A stretch of 64,000 nucleotides of DNA from an uncultured Candidatus Bathyarchaeia archaeon. Its GTDB lineage: Archaea; Thermoproteota; CALKCG01; B24; DRYS01. The stretch is taken from positions 3,869 through 67,868 of the forward strand of contig CAZBGY010000006.1 in the NCBI GenBank assembly GCA_964491605.1, read 5' to 3'. The position numbers and the translations under genes were made by a program. The stretch's first letter is position 1. Each line of letters opens with the position of its first letter. Positions 37,147 through 46,660 of this stretch are shown piece after piece. A model generated the notes under the pieces. The model was given only the letters and a program-made list of their open reading frames with translations, searched no databases and had not been told where the DNA came from.

Positions 37147-37692
37147 ATGCAGCCTGAGAAGGGTGGATATGTATTCGAGGAGCTTGGATGCACCATTTCA
37201 GAGGAGGAATCAGAGCAGGTGGAAAAAGAGCTTAAGCTTCTTACGTTCGAGAAGAGGATCCTTGAAGAGATTCTATTCAGTATACAGAATGATGAATCTT
37301 TCAGATCTATAGATCCCACCGATAGAGAGAAAATCTATAGGAAATACGAAGATCAACTTAGATCCATCGAGGAGCGTATGAATAAATATAAACTCATAGT
37401 TAAGCTTAGGAGACTTGAACTTGGTAGGATGAAGCTTCTCGATACACTGAAAGATAGACTCGAATATATAGATAGAGAGATTAGAGAGCTTCGCTCCGCT
37501 CTAGGTAAACAGAGGAAGGAAACTAGACCTAAACCTGAAGTCGTAGACTCGAAGCAAACTAAAAGCCGTACAATCGAAGCTAAACAAGTTGAAGTGGTAG
37601 AGCATGTTGAAGAAAAAGATGAGCTTCAAAAACTTCAGGAAGACATAATAGCTACCCTGGAAAAGCTTGAACAACTAGATTTGGAGCTCTAA
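37147..37692 (+). CDS. Coiled-coil protein, hypothetical
   Basis: 181 aa, K/E/R/L-rich heptad-like sequence. No family recognised. Confidence 0.35.
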   Translation: MQPEKGGYVFEELGCTISEEESEQVEKELKLLTFEKRILEEILFSIQNDESFRSIDPTDREKIYRKYEDQLRSIEERMNKYKLIVKLRRLELGRMKLLDTLKDRLEYIDREIRELRSALGKQRKETRPKPEVVDSKQTKSRTIEAKQVEVVEHVEEKDELQKLQEDIIATLEKLEQLDLEL

Positions 37693-37698
37693 CATCCC

Positions 37699-38055
37699 CT
37701 AACCTCCTAAATACTTATCGAGTATCCTCTTAAGCTTATCCTTAGATAGAAGCCCTTCTATACGCTCCACGAGTACCCTATCCTTGAATACTAGAATCGT
37801 AGGAACAGCCATTATATTGTAGGATACTGCTAGAATCCTTCCTAAAGGTTTATCTACGTTAACCTTACCGAACGATACCCTCCCGCTATACTCCGAAGCT
37901 AGCTCTTCTATAACAGGTGCTAGTAGCCTGCAAGGCATACACCATTCAGCCCAAAAATCTACGACGATAACTCCATCCCTACCTATAAACCTCCTGAAAT
38001 TCTCAAGTCCAGCATCACCTAGCTCTCGTATAGACTCCATATTTATCCCCTCCAT
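37699..38055 (-). CDS. Thioredoxin-like protein (CMPC active site)
   Basis: VVDFWAEWCMPCRLLAP is the thioredoxin fold, with CxxC read as CMPC. Abuts the glycerate kinase stop with no gap. Confidence 0.78.
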   Translation of the reverse strand: MEGINMESIRELGDAGLENFRRFIGRDGVIVVDFWAEWCMPCRLLAPVIEELASEYSGRVSFGKVNVDKPLGRILAVSYNIMAVPTILVFKDRVLVERIEGLLSKDKLKRILDKYLGG

Positions 38056-39441
38056 CTAGACTGCAACCATAACCATTATATCGTTCACATTAGTCCCAGT
38101 AGGTCCGGTGAATATGCAATCTCCAAGCTTAGAGAAAAAGCTATAGCTATCATTCCTATCCAGATATTCTTCAGGTTTTAAGCCTAGCGTTAAAGCCTTA
38201 TCATATGTATACCCGTCAGCTATAGCTCCAGCTGCATCTGTGATCCCGTCAACTCCATCTGTTCCTATAGAAGCCATAGCTACACCTTTAAGCCCCCTAA
38301 TTTTTATCGAAGCAGCTAGAACTAATTCTTGGTTCCTACCGCCAACTCCATCACCGGTAACGGTAACCGTAGTCTCCCCCCCGGCTAGTATAACCGTAGG
38401 TCTAAGGGTAGGCTTACCTTTTAGAGCTACACCCTTTAATATCCCTGCTAACGTGTAGCCTACGTATCTAGCCTCCCCCTCGATATAGGATGAGAGATTA
38501 ACAGCGTTATAACCCATATTCACGGCATCTCTCTCCATCTCCTCTAAAGCTATAGAGTTACCGGCTATGATGTAATTATGGACTTTATCGAATATACGAT
38601 CGCCAGGTTTAGGCGTCTCAGGTAGTATACCTGCACAGCCTAATTCTATAACTCTCCTCACGCTATCCGGTATAGAATCCCATACCTTATATCTTTGAAG
38701 AACGCTTTTAGCATACTCATAAGTAGTCGTATCCGGAGTTGTAGGACCAGAAGCTATAGTATCCAGCCTATCCCCTACTACATCCGATATTATGAGCGAT
38801 ACGATGGTAGCTGGGTAAGCTGCAGCCGCTAATCTACCACCCTTAACTTGCGATAAATGCTTCCTTACAGCGTTGACATCCTCTATAGGAGCACCGCATC
38901 TAAGTAGAATCATCGTAAGCTTTTGCAGATCCTCTATAGATACGCCATCCACAGGTTTAGACATTAAAGCTGATCCCCCACCAGATAGTAGGCAGAAAAC
39001 CAATGTATTCTCATCCACGTTTCTAAGCATATCCAGCATGACTGAAACACCTTTAACACCGCCTTCATCTGGTATAGGGTGTCCAGCTTCATTAAGGTTA
39101 ATCCTCTTAACGTTATACAGCCTCGATACTCCTCTAGGTACGTTAACTATCCCATCCTCTATACGTTCACCGAGTATTTCTTCCAACGCTTCAGCCATAG
39201 CCCCCGAAGCTTTACCGCCGCCGATAACCAGTATCCTACGATACTTTGTAAGATCATAAGTGACGCCCATGATCGACAGCTTATCCTTATAAACTGTTAG
39301 ATTCCTTCTAACAGCAATTCTAGGATCGGATGCTTCTAAAGCATTCTCCACGAGCTTTATCACAACCTCTCTAGCAGTTCTATCCTCCTCGCATACAGCA
39401 TTACCTATTATACGCTCAGGCTGTCTAATCCTCATATCCAA
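38056..39441 (-). CDS. Glycerate 2-kinase (MOFRL family)
   Basis: RILVIGGGKASGAMAEALEEILG, then a MOFRL C-terminal domain. 461 aa. Confidence 0.85.
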   Translation of the reverse strand: MDMRIRQPERIIGNAVCEEDRTAREVVIKLVENALEASDPRIAVRRNLTVYKDKLSIMGVTYDLTKYRRILVIGGGKASGAMAEALEEILGERIEDGIVNVPRGVSRLYNVKRINLNEAGHPIPDEGGVKGVSVMLDMLRNVDENTLVFCLLSGGGSALMSKPVDGVSIEDLQKLTMILLRCGAPIEDVNAVRKHLSQVKGGRLAAAAYPATIVSLIISDVVGDRLDTIASGPTTPDTTTYEYAKSVLQRYKVWDSIPDSVRRVIELGCAGILPETPKPGDRIFDKVHNYIIAGNSIALEEMERDAVNMGYNAVNLSSYIEGEARYVGYTLAGILKGVALKGKPTLRPTVILAGGETTVTVTGDGVGGRNQELVLAASIKIRGLKGVAMASIGTDGVDGITDAAGAIADGYTYDKALTLGLKPEEYLDRNDSYSFFSKLGDCIFTGPTGTNVNDIMVMVAV

Positions 39442-39502
39442 TTAAGGTAGGAGGCTGAAGCGAAGCTCTTAAATCTATCCTTGAGAGTATTTAGGTTTAG
39501 CC

Positions 39503-40048
39503 GTGTTAACCTATTTATTATACGGTTCAACCTCGCTCGAAAGAAATAGACTTCTAATAGGATTACTGGTATCGATAAGCGTAGGAACCTTAGCTCTCAT
39601 AATCGCCGAGGATATAGCGGATATAGGTATAGCATTAGGAGCATTCCTAGGCGGATTGATAGCCGGTAGATTCGCTATCAAACCGTTAAGCGGCGGATCA
39701 AGAGGAGCGGCTGTAGGCGTATTAAGTCTCCTCATATACTACTTCTTCATAGTTCCGATGCTCTATATGGCTAGACTTATAACGATACCTGAAATCGAGC
39801 CATCGACATCGGAGATTATCGTAGCATGGATAATAACTATACTAGAGCTTGTAGGTGTAGGGTTCGTGGGCGGAATCGCTGGCTATTACATGACTGCAGG
39901 TATTAAGCCTGCCGTGAAGCAGCCTCCTGAAGTCAAACCTACCATACCTAGCCTATCGAGATGTCCTAGGTGCGGTGCAATCCTACCCGTCGAAGCTATC
40001 TATTGTCCACAATGTGGATTAAAGGTTAGGGATATCAGACCCGTCTGA
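39503..40048 (+). CDS. Membrane protein with C-terminal zinc ribbon, hypothetical
   Basis: About 4 TM helices, then CPRCGAILPVEAIYCPQCG. Confidence 0.4.
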   Translation: MLTYLLYGSTSLERNRLLIGLLVSISVGTLALIIAEDIADIGIALGAFLGGLIAGRFAIKPLSGGSRGAAVGVLSLLIYYFFIVPMLYMARLITIPEIEPSTSEIIVAWIITILELVGVGFVGGIAGYYMTAGIKPAVKQPPEVKPTIPSLSRCPRCGAILPVEAIYCPQCGLKVRDIRPV

Positions 40049-40916
40049 CATCTAAGCTTAAATCTATAGCTTTAACGGAGTGGGTTAACCTACCGAGCGA
40101 TACCACATCGATACCTTTAGATGCATATTCGACTATATTTCCTTCATCGATACCCCCAGATACCTCTAAGATAACCTTCCCCCTTAACCCCCTCTCTTCT
40201 AGTAGCTTTACAGCTTCCTCCACCATATCTATCGTGAAGTTATCGAGCATAATTATGTCAGCTCCAGCTTCCGCAGCCTCCACAGCTTCTTCGACGTTAG
40301 TTACCTCTACCTCGATCTTATATGTAAATCCGGCGTTAACTCTAGCTTTCTCCACAGCCTTCCTAACCGATCCTACTAGAGCTATATGGTTATCCTTGAT
40401 CAATATCGTATCCTCAAGTCTAAGCCTATGAGTATCTCCTCCCCCGATCTTCACAGCCTTCTTATCCAAGTACCTAAGGCCGGGTGGAATTTTACGCGTA
40501 GCAGCTACTCTAACGTTCAATCCAGCCTCCCTAACCTTATCGACGATTTTACGTGTAGCCGTAGCTATACCGCACATACGTGAGAGTATATTGAGCATCG
40601 TCCTCTCTATAACTAGCATACTTCTTGCATCCCCCCTAAGCTTAAGCAATATATCACCCTTACTAAACCTCTCCCCATCTTTCAAGCTATACTCTACTTT
40701 CAAACCTATAGTCTCCGCTAAGATACGGGCCTCCTCCAATCCTGCCGCTACTCCATCCTCCTTAGCCACAACAACCCCCTCAGCTTCTACCCCCTCATCT
40801 ATGAGGAGAGATGTAGTCACATCTGTTAATCCTAAATCCTCCTCCAAGAACCTCAGAAGCATGCCTGCGATCACAGGTTTAGGAAGCCACATCTCGCTAT
40901 ATACCCTCCCAAACAC
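40035..40916 (-). CDS. nadC: Nicotinate-nucleotide pyrophosphorylase (quinolinate phosphoribosyltransferase)
   Basis: 293 aa. IMLDNF...LEVSGGIDEGNIVEYASKGIDVVSLGRLTHS is the NadC C-terminal barrel. Confidence 0.9.
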   Translation of the reverse strand: MFGRVYSEMWLPKPVIAGMLLRFLEEDLGLTDVTTSLLIDEGVEAEGVVVAKEDGVAAGLEEARILAETIGLKVEYSLKDGERFSKGDILLKLRGDARSMLVIERTMLNILSRMCGIATATRKIVDKVREAGLNVRVAATRKIPPGLRYLDKKAVKIGGGDTHRLRLEDTILIKDNHIALVGSVRKAVEKARVNAGFTYKIEVEVTNVEEAVEAAEAGADIIMLDNFTIDMVEEAVKLLEERGLRGKVILEVSGGIDEGNIVEYASKGIDVVSLGRLTHSVKAIDLSLDVRRV

Positions 40917-40976
40917 TATGACGTAAACCTTAAACTTTCCTGTAGATAACCATATCGTATCAGGTGTAGAGGGGGT

Positions 40977-41663
40977 ACGAAAGTAGCTTTAGCATTCTCC
41001 GGTGGCAAGGAGAGTGTTTACACAGCATGGATCCTTCTATCTCAGGGATTCGAACTAGTCTTATTTACGATCCAACCAGAGGCTGATGGATCATGGATAT
41101 TTCACTATCCAAACTCAGATTGGACATGGCTTCAATCAGAAGCCCTAGGCTTACCATGGATAAGATGCGTAAGCGGTGTGGGAAAGAAGGAAGAATTGGA
41201 AGCTTTAAGAAGCGTGGTCAAGGAAGCTGTGAGATCGTGGGATGTTAAGGCTTTAGCTTCAGGGGTAGTGTACAGCTGGTATCAGATGAATATCTTCCAG
41301 ATGGTCTCAGATGATTTCGGGTTAAAACTCTATACACCGCTATGGGGTAAAAATCCGTTCAAATTACTGTTAGAAGAGATAGAATCGGGTATGGAGATCA
41401 TAATTACAGGTGTAGCCGCAGAGGGTTTAGATGAAAGCTGGTTAGGTGTAAAACTGGATTACGATACCGTAGAACGATTGCGGAAGTTGAACGTTAAATA
41501 TGGATTAAGCCCTATAGGTGAAGGTGGAGAGATGGAGACCTTCATAGTGGATGCCCCATTCTTCAAACATAGGATCCTTATAAAAAACTTCAAGAAAGTT
41601 TGGAAAAATATGAGCGGGTATATCGATATAGAGGAAGCCATACTACAACCTAAACTTCTCTGA
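40977..41663 (+). CDS. Dph6/MJ0570-like PP-loop ATP pyrophosphatase (diphthine-ammonia ligase family); no canonical start codon
   Basis: In-frame translation from 40977 gives TKVALAFSGGKESVYTAW...AEGLDESWLG...GEGGEMETFIVDAPFFK. This is co-linear with MJ0570 (MKVAALISGGKDS...AEGLDESWLG...GEGGEFETFVLDAP). The codon aligned to the family's initiator Met is ACG (40977-40979). The ORF track sees only the C-terminal half, from GTG 41178. Confidence 0.75.
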   Translation, partial: TKVALAFSGGKESVYTAWILLSQGFELVLFTIQPEADGSWIFHYPNSDWTWLQSEALGLPWIRCVSGVGKKEELEALRSVVKEAVRSWDVKALASGVVYSWYQMNIFQMVSDDFGLKLYTPLWGKNPFKLLLEEIESGMEIIITGVAAEGLDESWLGVKLDYDTVERLRKLNVKYGLSPIGEGGEMETFIVDAPFFKHRILIKNFKKVWKNMSGYIDIEEAILQPKLL

Positions 41664-42987
41664 ATATATCTAACACTCTTGATAACTTCTCATATACCTC
41701 GAATTCATCGAGCTTCACGATCCGCCTATTCCAGAATATGGGTTCTCCATCTACGATGGTAGAATCGATGTAATCCCCCCTACAAGCATATACTATGTTC
41801 GATATCAGACCTGTAGCTCCGTGGATAGGTTGTAATCCAGGCTTACGGAGATCTATAACCGCTATATCCGCGTAACCCCCCTCCTCTATATAACCAGCTT
41901 TATCTATACCTAACGCTCTATACCCTTCGACAGTACCCATCTCTAATACCTTCCAAGCAGGTAGAACAGTAGGATCCCATCTATACCACTTATGTAGTAA
42001 AGCTGCAGTTTTCATGGCTTCGAATATATCTAGACTATTGTTGCTCGCTGCTCCATCGGTTCCAAGTCCGACTGTTATACTTCTCTCGATCATATCAGGT
42101 ATAGGTGCAGCCCCTCCTACCGCAAGCTTTAAGTTCGAAGTAGGACAGTGAGCTACCTTAACCTTACGGGAAGCTAGGATGTTTACCTCTCTGGGTGAAA
42201 GCCATACGCAATGCGCGGCTACGATTCTATCTGTTAGAAAACCTATATGATCTAGGTATTCAACCTCCCTCCTACCATACACCTTCTCAAACCTATTCTG
42301 CTCGCTTCTCGTCTCAGCTATATGTATATGCAATATCAGATCTTCCTTCTCAGCCTTCTCTTTAGCCCATAATAGGGTATCATCCGAGCACGTATACGGA
42401 GCGTGAGGCCCTAATGCAGCTTTGACTCTATCATCCCTTAACCCCTTCACGTAATCTAGGAACTTTTCGGCAGATCTGCGACTGAAGATCTTCAGTTTGA
42501 AATCCGGTTTTCGCTCCTCAGGATTGAACGTATCTATAATACCTGCTGCGGCTACAACCCTAAGGCCTACTTCCAAAGCAGCTTTCACCGTCTCTTCAGG
42601 ATAATAGTACATGTCTAGAAAACATGCAATACCATTCCTAGCCATCTCTATACATGCTAAGAGTGCTCCTAGGTAGCATAGATCAGCTGTAAGCTTCCTC
42701 TCAGCAGGCCATATACGCTTTTCAAGCCACTCTTCTAGGGGCATATCGTCGGCGTAGCCTCTGAGCAGAGTCATAGCTGCATGCGTATGGAGGTTGACTA
42801 GACTAGGTATGGCAGCTTTCCATACACCATCGAGGGTATAGTCGGCTTCAGGTATCCTTCCATTCGATATCTCTGATACAATGCCGTCCTCGATATAGAT
42901 AGAATAGCCTTTAAGAATTCTCTTATCAGGCTTCCCCGTAACTATCCAATCCATTCTCCTTAAAGCTATGGTAGGCTTCCCCATCAT
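41650..42987 (-). CDS. Amidohydrolase-family deaminase (MTA/SAH deaminase / chlorohydrolase-like)
   Basis: LVNLHTHAAMTLLRG is the HxH metal motif. 445 aa, TIM-barrel amidohydrolase layout. Confidence 0.8.
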   Translation of the reverse strand: MMGKPTIALRRMDWIVTGKPDKRILKGYSIYIEDGIVSEISNGRIPEADYTLDGVWKAAIPSLVNLHTHAAMTLLRGYADDMPLEEWLEKRIWPAERKLTADLCYLGALLACIEMARNGIACFLDMYYYPEETVKAALEVGLRVVAAAGIIDTFNPEERKPDFKLKIFSRRSAEKFLDYVKGLRDDRVKAALGPHAPYTCSDDTLLWAKEKAEKEDLILHIHIAETRSEQNRFEKVYGRREVEYLDHIGFLTDRIVAAHCVWLSPREVNILASRKVKVAHCPTSNLKLAVGGAAPIPDMIERSITVGLGTDGAASNNSLDIFEAMKTAALLHKWYRWDPTVLPAWKVLEMGTVEGYRALGIDKAGYIEEGGYADIAVIDLRKPGLQPIHGATGLISNIVYACRGDYIDSTIVDGEPIFWNRRIVKLDEFEVYEKLSRVLDIFREV

Positions 42988-43054
42988 GATACATCTACCG
43001 TATCAAATGTTAGAAAAACTTATCTGTATTAGGGGTTATTAGATGTAGTAATCT

Positions 43055-45835
43055 TCAATCCCAATACGGCCTAGTCTTAATATACATACGTTCAGCCTCC
43101 GCTATAGCCTTATAAAATTCCTCCTCGCTCAGGTATAGATTTCTAAGTATCCTCTTCGCGGTAGCAGGACCTATACCTACGCCTGCTAAAGCCACTATAG
43201 CCCTCTTACCATACATCCTAACAAGTTCAGCTATGCTCGCATACCTTTTATAAGCTTGGATATCCTCCATCCTCTTAAGCTTTCCATCTATAGCCATCCT
43301 AGCTAACTTTAACGCTTGGAAATCATCTGGCTTAACTACAGCTATCCTTTTAGATCTACATCTAGGACATATTATAGGATCGGTTACATCTGATACTTTA
43401 AACGTAGACTCCCAGTCAGCTCCACCCATACAGACAAGTTTAATCTTTGTGGAGTCTATCCTAGCTTTCACCATATCGACTATGCCTACCTTGGCATAGC
43501 TATCGACTATAGGATATACCTCACGAGAAATCCTTGACATAGGCGATAAGCCATTACTCGACGATACCTTAATCCGCAAACATCCTTTCGATAACTTCTC
43601 TAAAAACACCCTGCATGCTTCTATATCGAGTACATCTCTTAACACTTCCCTTACAGCCTCCCTATAGAGTGGTGTACCCATGAAGATTTCGGATAGCTTC
43701 CTAGCAGCTGATAAGCTATAACCAGCATTCCTCTCTACCACACCGAATCTACGTGCTGCAACCCATAATCTCCATAGGAAATATCTCTTATATGGTAGTA
43801 CCTCTCTGAGTAATGCATCTACATCGTCGGGTTTTAACCCGGTTAAGGTCTCGGCTACTATACGTCCGTCAAGTTTAGGGCTCCTAGAGTAGAACAATAT
43901 CTTATAAGCATCCCTTACATACTCGACGATAGCACCTATCCTAGCAGATATTAGAGCTGAAAGTATAGAAGCTAGAGCTTCTATACCCCTATCCCCTATA
44001 TGGGCATGTAGGGCTACATATCTATATCCATCCTCCCTATCGAACCACTCTACGACTATATCCTTATCAGATGCTACTTCAAATCCTTCATCTAACTGCT
44101 TCTCGATGTATTCTACGACTGCTTTCATAGCATGCTGGTCTAGATGGTATCTAGATAGGAGTTTTAGCGGGCTTCTATTCGAGGTTAAAGCTTCAGCTAT
44201 AAGTCTCTTAATTCTTCCAACTTCCTGTGCAACCTCGAATGGCACAGGTATGATCTCCCCCTCCCAGACGGGTACAGCCTCTAACGCATACGCATCCTCC
44301 TCAACGTTCACTATTCGCTTATCTCTATCGATGCTTAGGATACGCCAAATCCTACCTCCAAGGATGAATAACGATTCAGGCTTACAATATTGCTCCACGA
44401 AATCTTCATCGAGTACCCCTACACGTTTCCCCTTCTTCTCGAGTACATCGAATCTAGATACATCCACTATAGTCGATAGATTCTCAAAATAGTATTTGTA
44501 GGATCTATCGGTAGGTATAAGTATGGTGTTCCTAATTCTAAGTAATCCTATATGCTCAAGGAAGTTTACCAGCTCTGTGAGCTCTCCTAGAGTTAGATCC
44601 CTATAAAGGATGCATCCTCTAACTATCTCTAATACATCCGATATAGATGCTCTTCCTCTTTCCAAGATTATACCTACTATCTGGTGAGCGGCAACATCTA
44701 ATGCTCCGTAGAGTTCGGGTTCAGGCTCGCATATAACTGATGCAGCTCTCCTAGCTATAACACATGACTCCATAAGATCCTCTGGGTTATATGCAACTAT
44801 CACACCGCTACTTTTGGATCCCACCCTATGTCCACTTCTCCCGATCCTATGTATAAACTTGATAGTCTGTCTAGGTGAGCCGTAGTGTACTACGTAATCG
44901 ACGTTACCTATATCTATACCTAACTCTAAGCTCGATGTACATACCAAAGCCTTTAAAACTCCAGATTTAAGCTCCTCCTCGGCTCTAACCCTTACATCTC
45001 TAGATAAACTGCTATGGTGGACTTCGACGGGTAGATCTGGATCGAATAATCTAAGTTTGAAGCATAGCGATTCAGCCTGCTGCCTCGTATTCGTGAATAT
45101 AAGAATCGATCCATGCTCCTTAATAAGCTTCGAAAGTAGCTTAACGGTATCCTCCCAATCCTCAGAGTACAACACTTGAATCGAATATCTTCTACCCATC
45201 TTAGATTCGATTATCCTTGTCTCACCACCGTCTGAAAGAAGCTTCGCCACGTATTCAGGACTATAAACCGTAGCGGATAATCCTATCCTCTGGAAATTTC
45301 TACCGACTATACTTTTAAGCCTCTGAAGCGAGAGGAAAAGTTGAACCCCTCTCTTATCGTATGCAAACTCATGTATTTCATCTATCACAACCCATCTAAC
45401 ATTCTCTAGATGCTTCCTAAATCTTCGGGAGACCAATAGGATCTGTAGAGTTTCAGGCGTCGTTATGAGTATATGCGGCGGCTCTAAAACCTGCTTAGCT
45501 TTAATCTCGGTTGGTGTATCTCCATGCCTTACATCTAAGCTTAACCCAACCCTATCCGCGAGTTTCTTCATCCTACGGAAGATATCTCTATTTAGTGCTC
45601 TCAACGGTGTTATGTATAGAGCTAATACGCCTTTCACATCCTTATACTTTGAAGCCATATCCATTATAGGTATTAGAGCTGCTTCGGTTTTCCCTGATCC
45701 TGTCGGAGCTATTATGAGCGTATGATCCCCTCTAAGTATATACGGTATCGCGAGTTTTTGGATCTCTGTAAACTCTAAGTACCCCTCTTCTCTCAATATC
45801 CTTCTATACTCCTCGGTTAGCATGTATTCGGCCAT
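43055..45835 (-). CDS. lhr: Lhr-type ATP-dependent DNA helicase
   Basis: 926 aa. FTEIQKLAIPYILRGDHTLIIAPTGSGKTEAA is motif I. DEIHE. C-terminal Lhr-core extension. Confidence 0.9.
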   Translation of the reverse strand: MAEYMLTEEYRRILREEGYLEFTEIQKLAIPYILRGDHTLIIAPTGSGKTEAALIPIMDMASKYKDVKGVLALYITPLRALNRDIFRRMKKLADRVGLSLDVRHGDTPTEIKAKQVLEPPHILITTPETLQILLVSRRFRKHLENVRWVVIDEIHEFAYDKRGVQLFLSLQRLKSIVGRNFQRIGLSATVYSPEYVAKLLSDGGETRIIESKMGRRYSIQVLYSEDWEDTVKLLSKLIKEHGSILIFTNTRQQAESLCFKLRLFDPDLPVEVHHSSLSRDVRVRAEEELKSGVLKALVCTSSLELGIDIGNVDYVVHYGSPRQTIKFIHRIGRSGHRVGSKSSGVIVAYNPEDLMESCVIARRAASVICEPEPELYGALDVAAHQIVGIILERGRASISDVLEIVRGCILYRDLTLGELTELVNFLEHIGLLRIRNTILIPTDRSYKYYFENLSTIVDVSRFDVLEKKGKRVGVLDEDFVEQYCKPESLFILGGRIWRILSIDRDKRIVNVEEDAYALEAVPVWEGEIIPVPFEVAQEVGRIKRLIAEALTSNRSPLKLLSRYHLDQHAMKAVVEYIEKQLDEGFEVASDKDIVVEWFDREDGYRYVALHAHIGDRGIEALASILSALISARIGAIVEYVRDAYKILFYSRSPKLDGRIVAETLTGLKPDDVDALLREVLPYKRYFLWRLWVAARRFGVVERNAGYSLSAARKLSEIFMGTPLYREAVREVLRDVLDIEACRVFLEKLSKGCLRIKVSSSNGLSPMSRISREVYPIVDSYAKVGIVDMVKARIDSTKIKLVCMGGADWESTFKVSDVTDPIICPRCRSKRIAVVKPDDFQALKLARMAIDGKLKRMEDIQAYKRYASIAELVRMYGKRAIVALAGVGIGPATAKRILRNLYLSEEEFYKAIAEAERMYIKTRPYWD

Positions 45836-45927
45836 CTTTTCGGCAAGGTAGATTCTATGGAAGGGTTAAAAGTAAGCTTTATCTAAGGTAACGTAGCTTA
45901 TCATTTCGATAAGGAGGTATCTAAAGG

Positions 45928-46509
45928 TTGGAGGTAGGGGAAGTAAAATTTCCGTTTAGCGAAGCTTTCAGGTTTACGATCGAAAGCATAAGGAAAAGGT
46001 TTACGCGCGCTTTAATAACCGCTGTATCTGTTATACTTAGCGTAGCTTTCTATGGAGCGACGAGATCCATGGGTGTGATATACGCTGAACTATTACCCGG
46101 CTCGGCTACGATACAAGTGTACCAGATAGTTATGGCTGTTATAGCTTTAGTCGTATGCACGGTCGGTATACTGAATTCGATGCTTATGGCTGTTACAGAA
46201 AGGACTAAAGAGATAGGAACGATGAAATGTTTAGGCGCTATGGATTCGCACATTCTAACGATATTCCTCTTGGAAGCTGCTCTCATAGGCTTACTTGGAG
46301 GCTTGATTGGAGGTGTATCAGGTCTCCTCGTAGGTATAGCATCGACTTGGGGGCAGGTTGCAGGCAGACCTTTACCTATACTGGGTTTAATGTTGACGCT
46401 AAGTGAATCCATAGGGATATCCATACTACTATCGATAGGTGCTACCCTATACCCTGCGTATTATGCAGCTAAACTTAACCCGGCTGAAGCATTGAGATTC
46501 GAGGTTTAA
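45928..46509 (+). CDS. Minimal FtsX-like (DUF214) permease domain protein, orphan
   Basis: 193 aa with four TM helices. Conserved ERTKEIGTMKCLGA segment. There is no large extracytoplasmic loop between TM1 and TM2 and no adjacent ABC ATPase. Confidence 0.5.
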   Translation: MEVGEVKFPFSEAFRFTIESIRKRFTRALITAVSVILSVAFYGATRSMGVIYAELLPGSATIQVYQIVMAVIALVVCTVGILNSMLMAVTERTKEIGTMKCLGAMDSHILTIFLLEAALIGLLGGLIGGVSGLLVGIASTWGQVAGRPLPILGLMLTLSESIGISILLSIGATLYPAYYAAKLNPAEALRFEV

Positions 46510-46660
46510 GCCTGCACCGTAAAATTTATTAAATCCACACCCTGCTTTATTTTAGGATTCTCTAAGTTGGTGGTAGCTATTGCTAGAAACGTATATATCA
46601 TTACATGGCTGATATACGAGGATTCTGTTAGGTTTAGAGGTGCATCTAGGATTGAAGCCT

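Noticed and set aside
41025-41050. tRNA-like T-loop sequence GGGATTCGAACT inside the Dph6-like CDS
   Set aside because: The flanking bases cannot form a T-stem or acceptor stem, and it sits inside a conserved coding region. Chance similarity.
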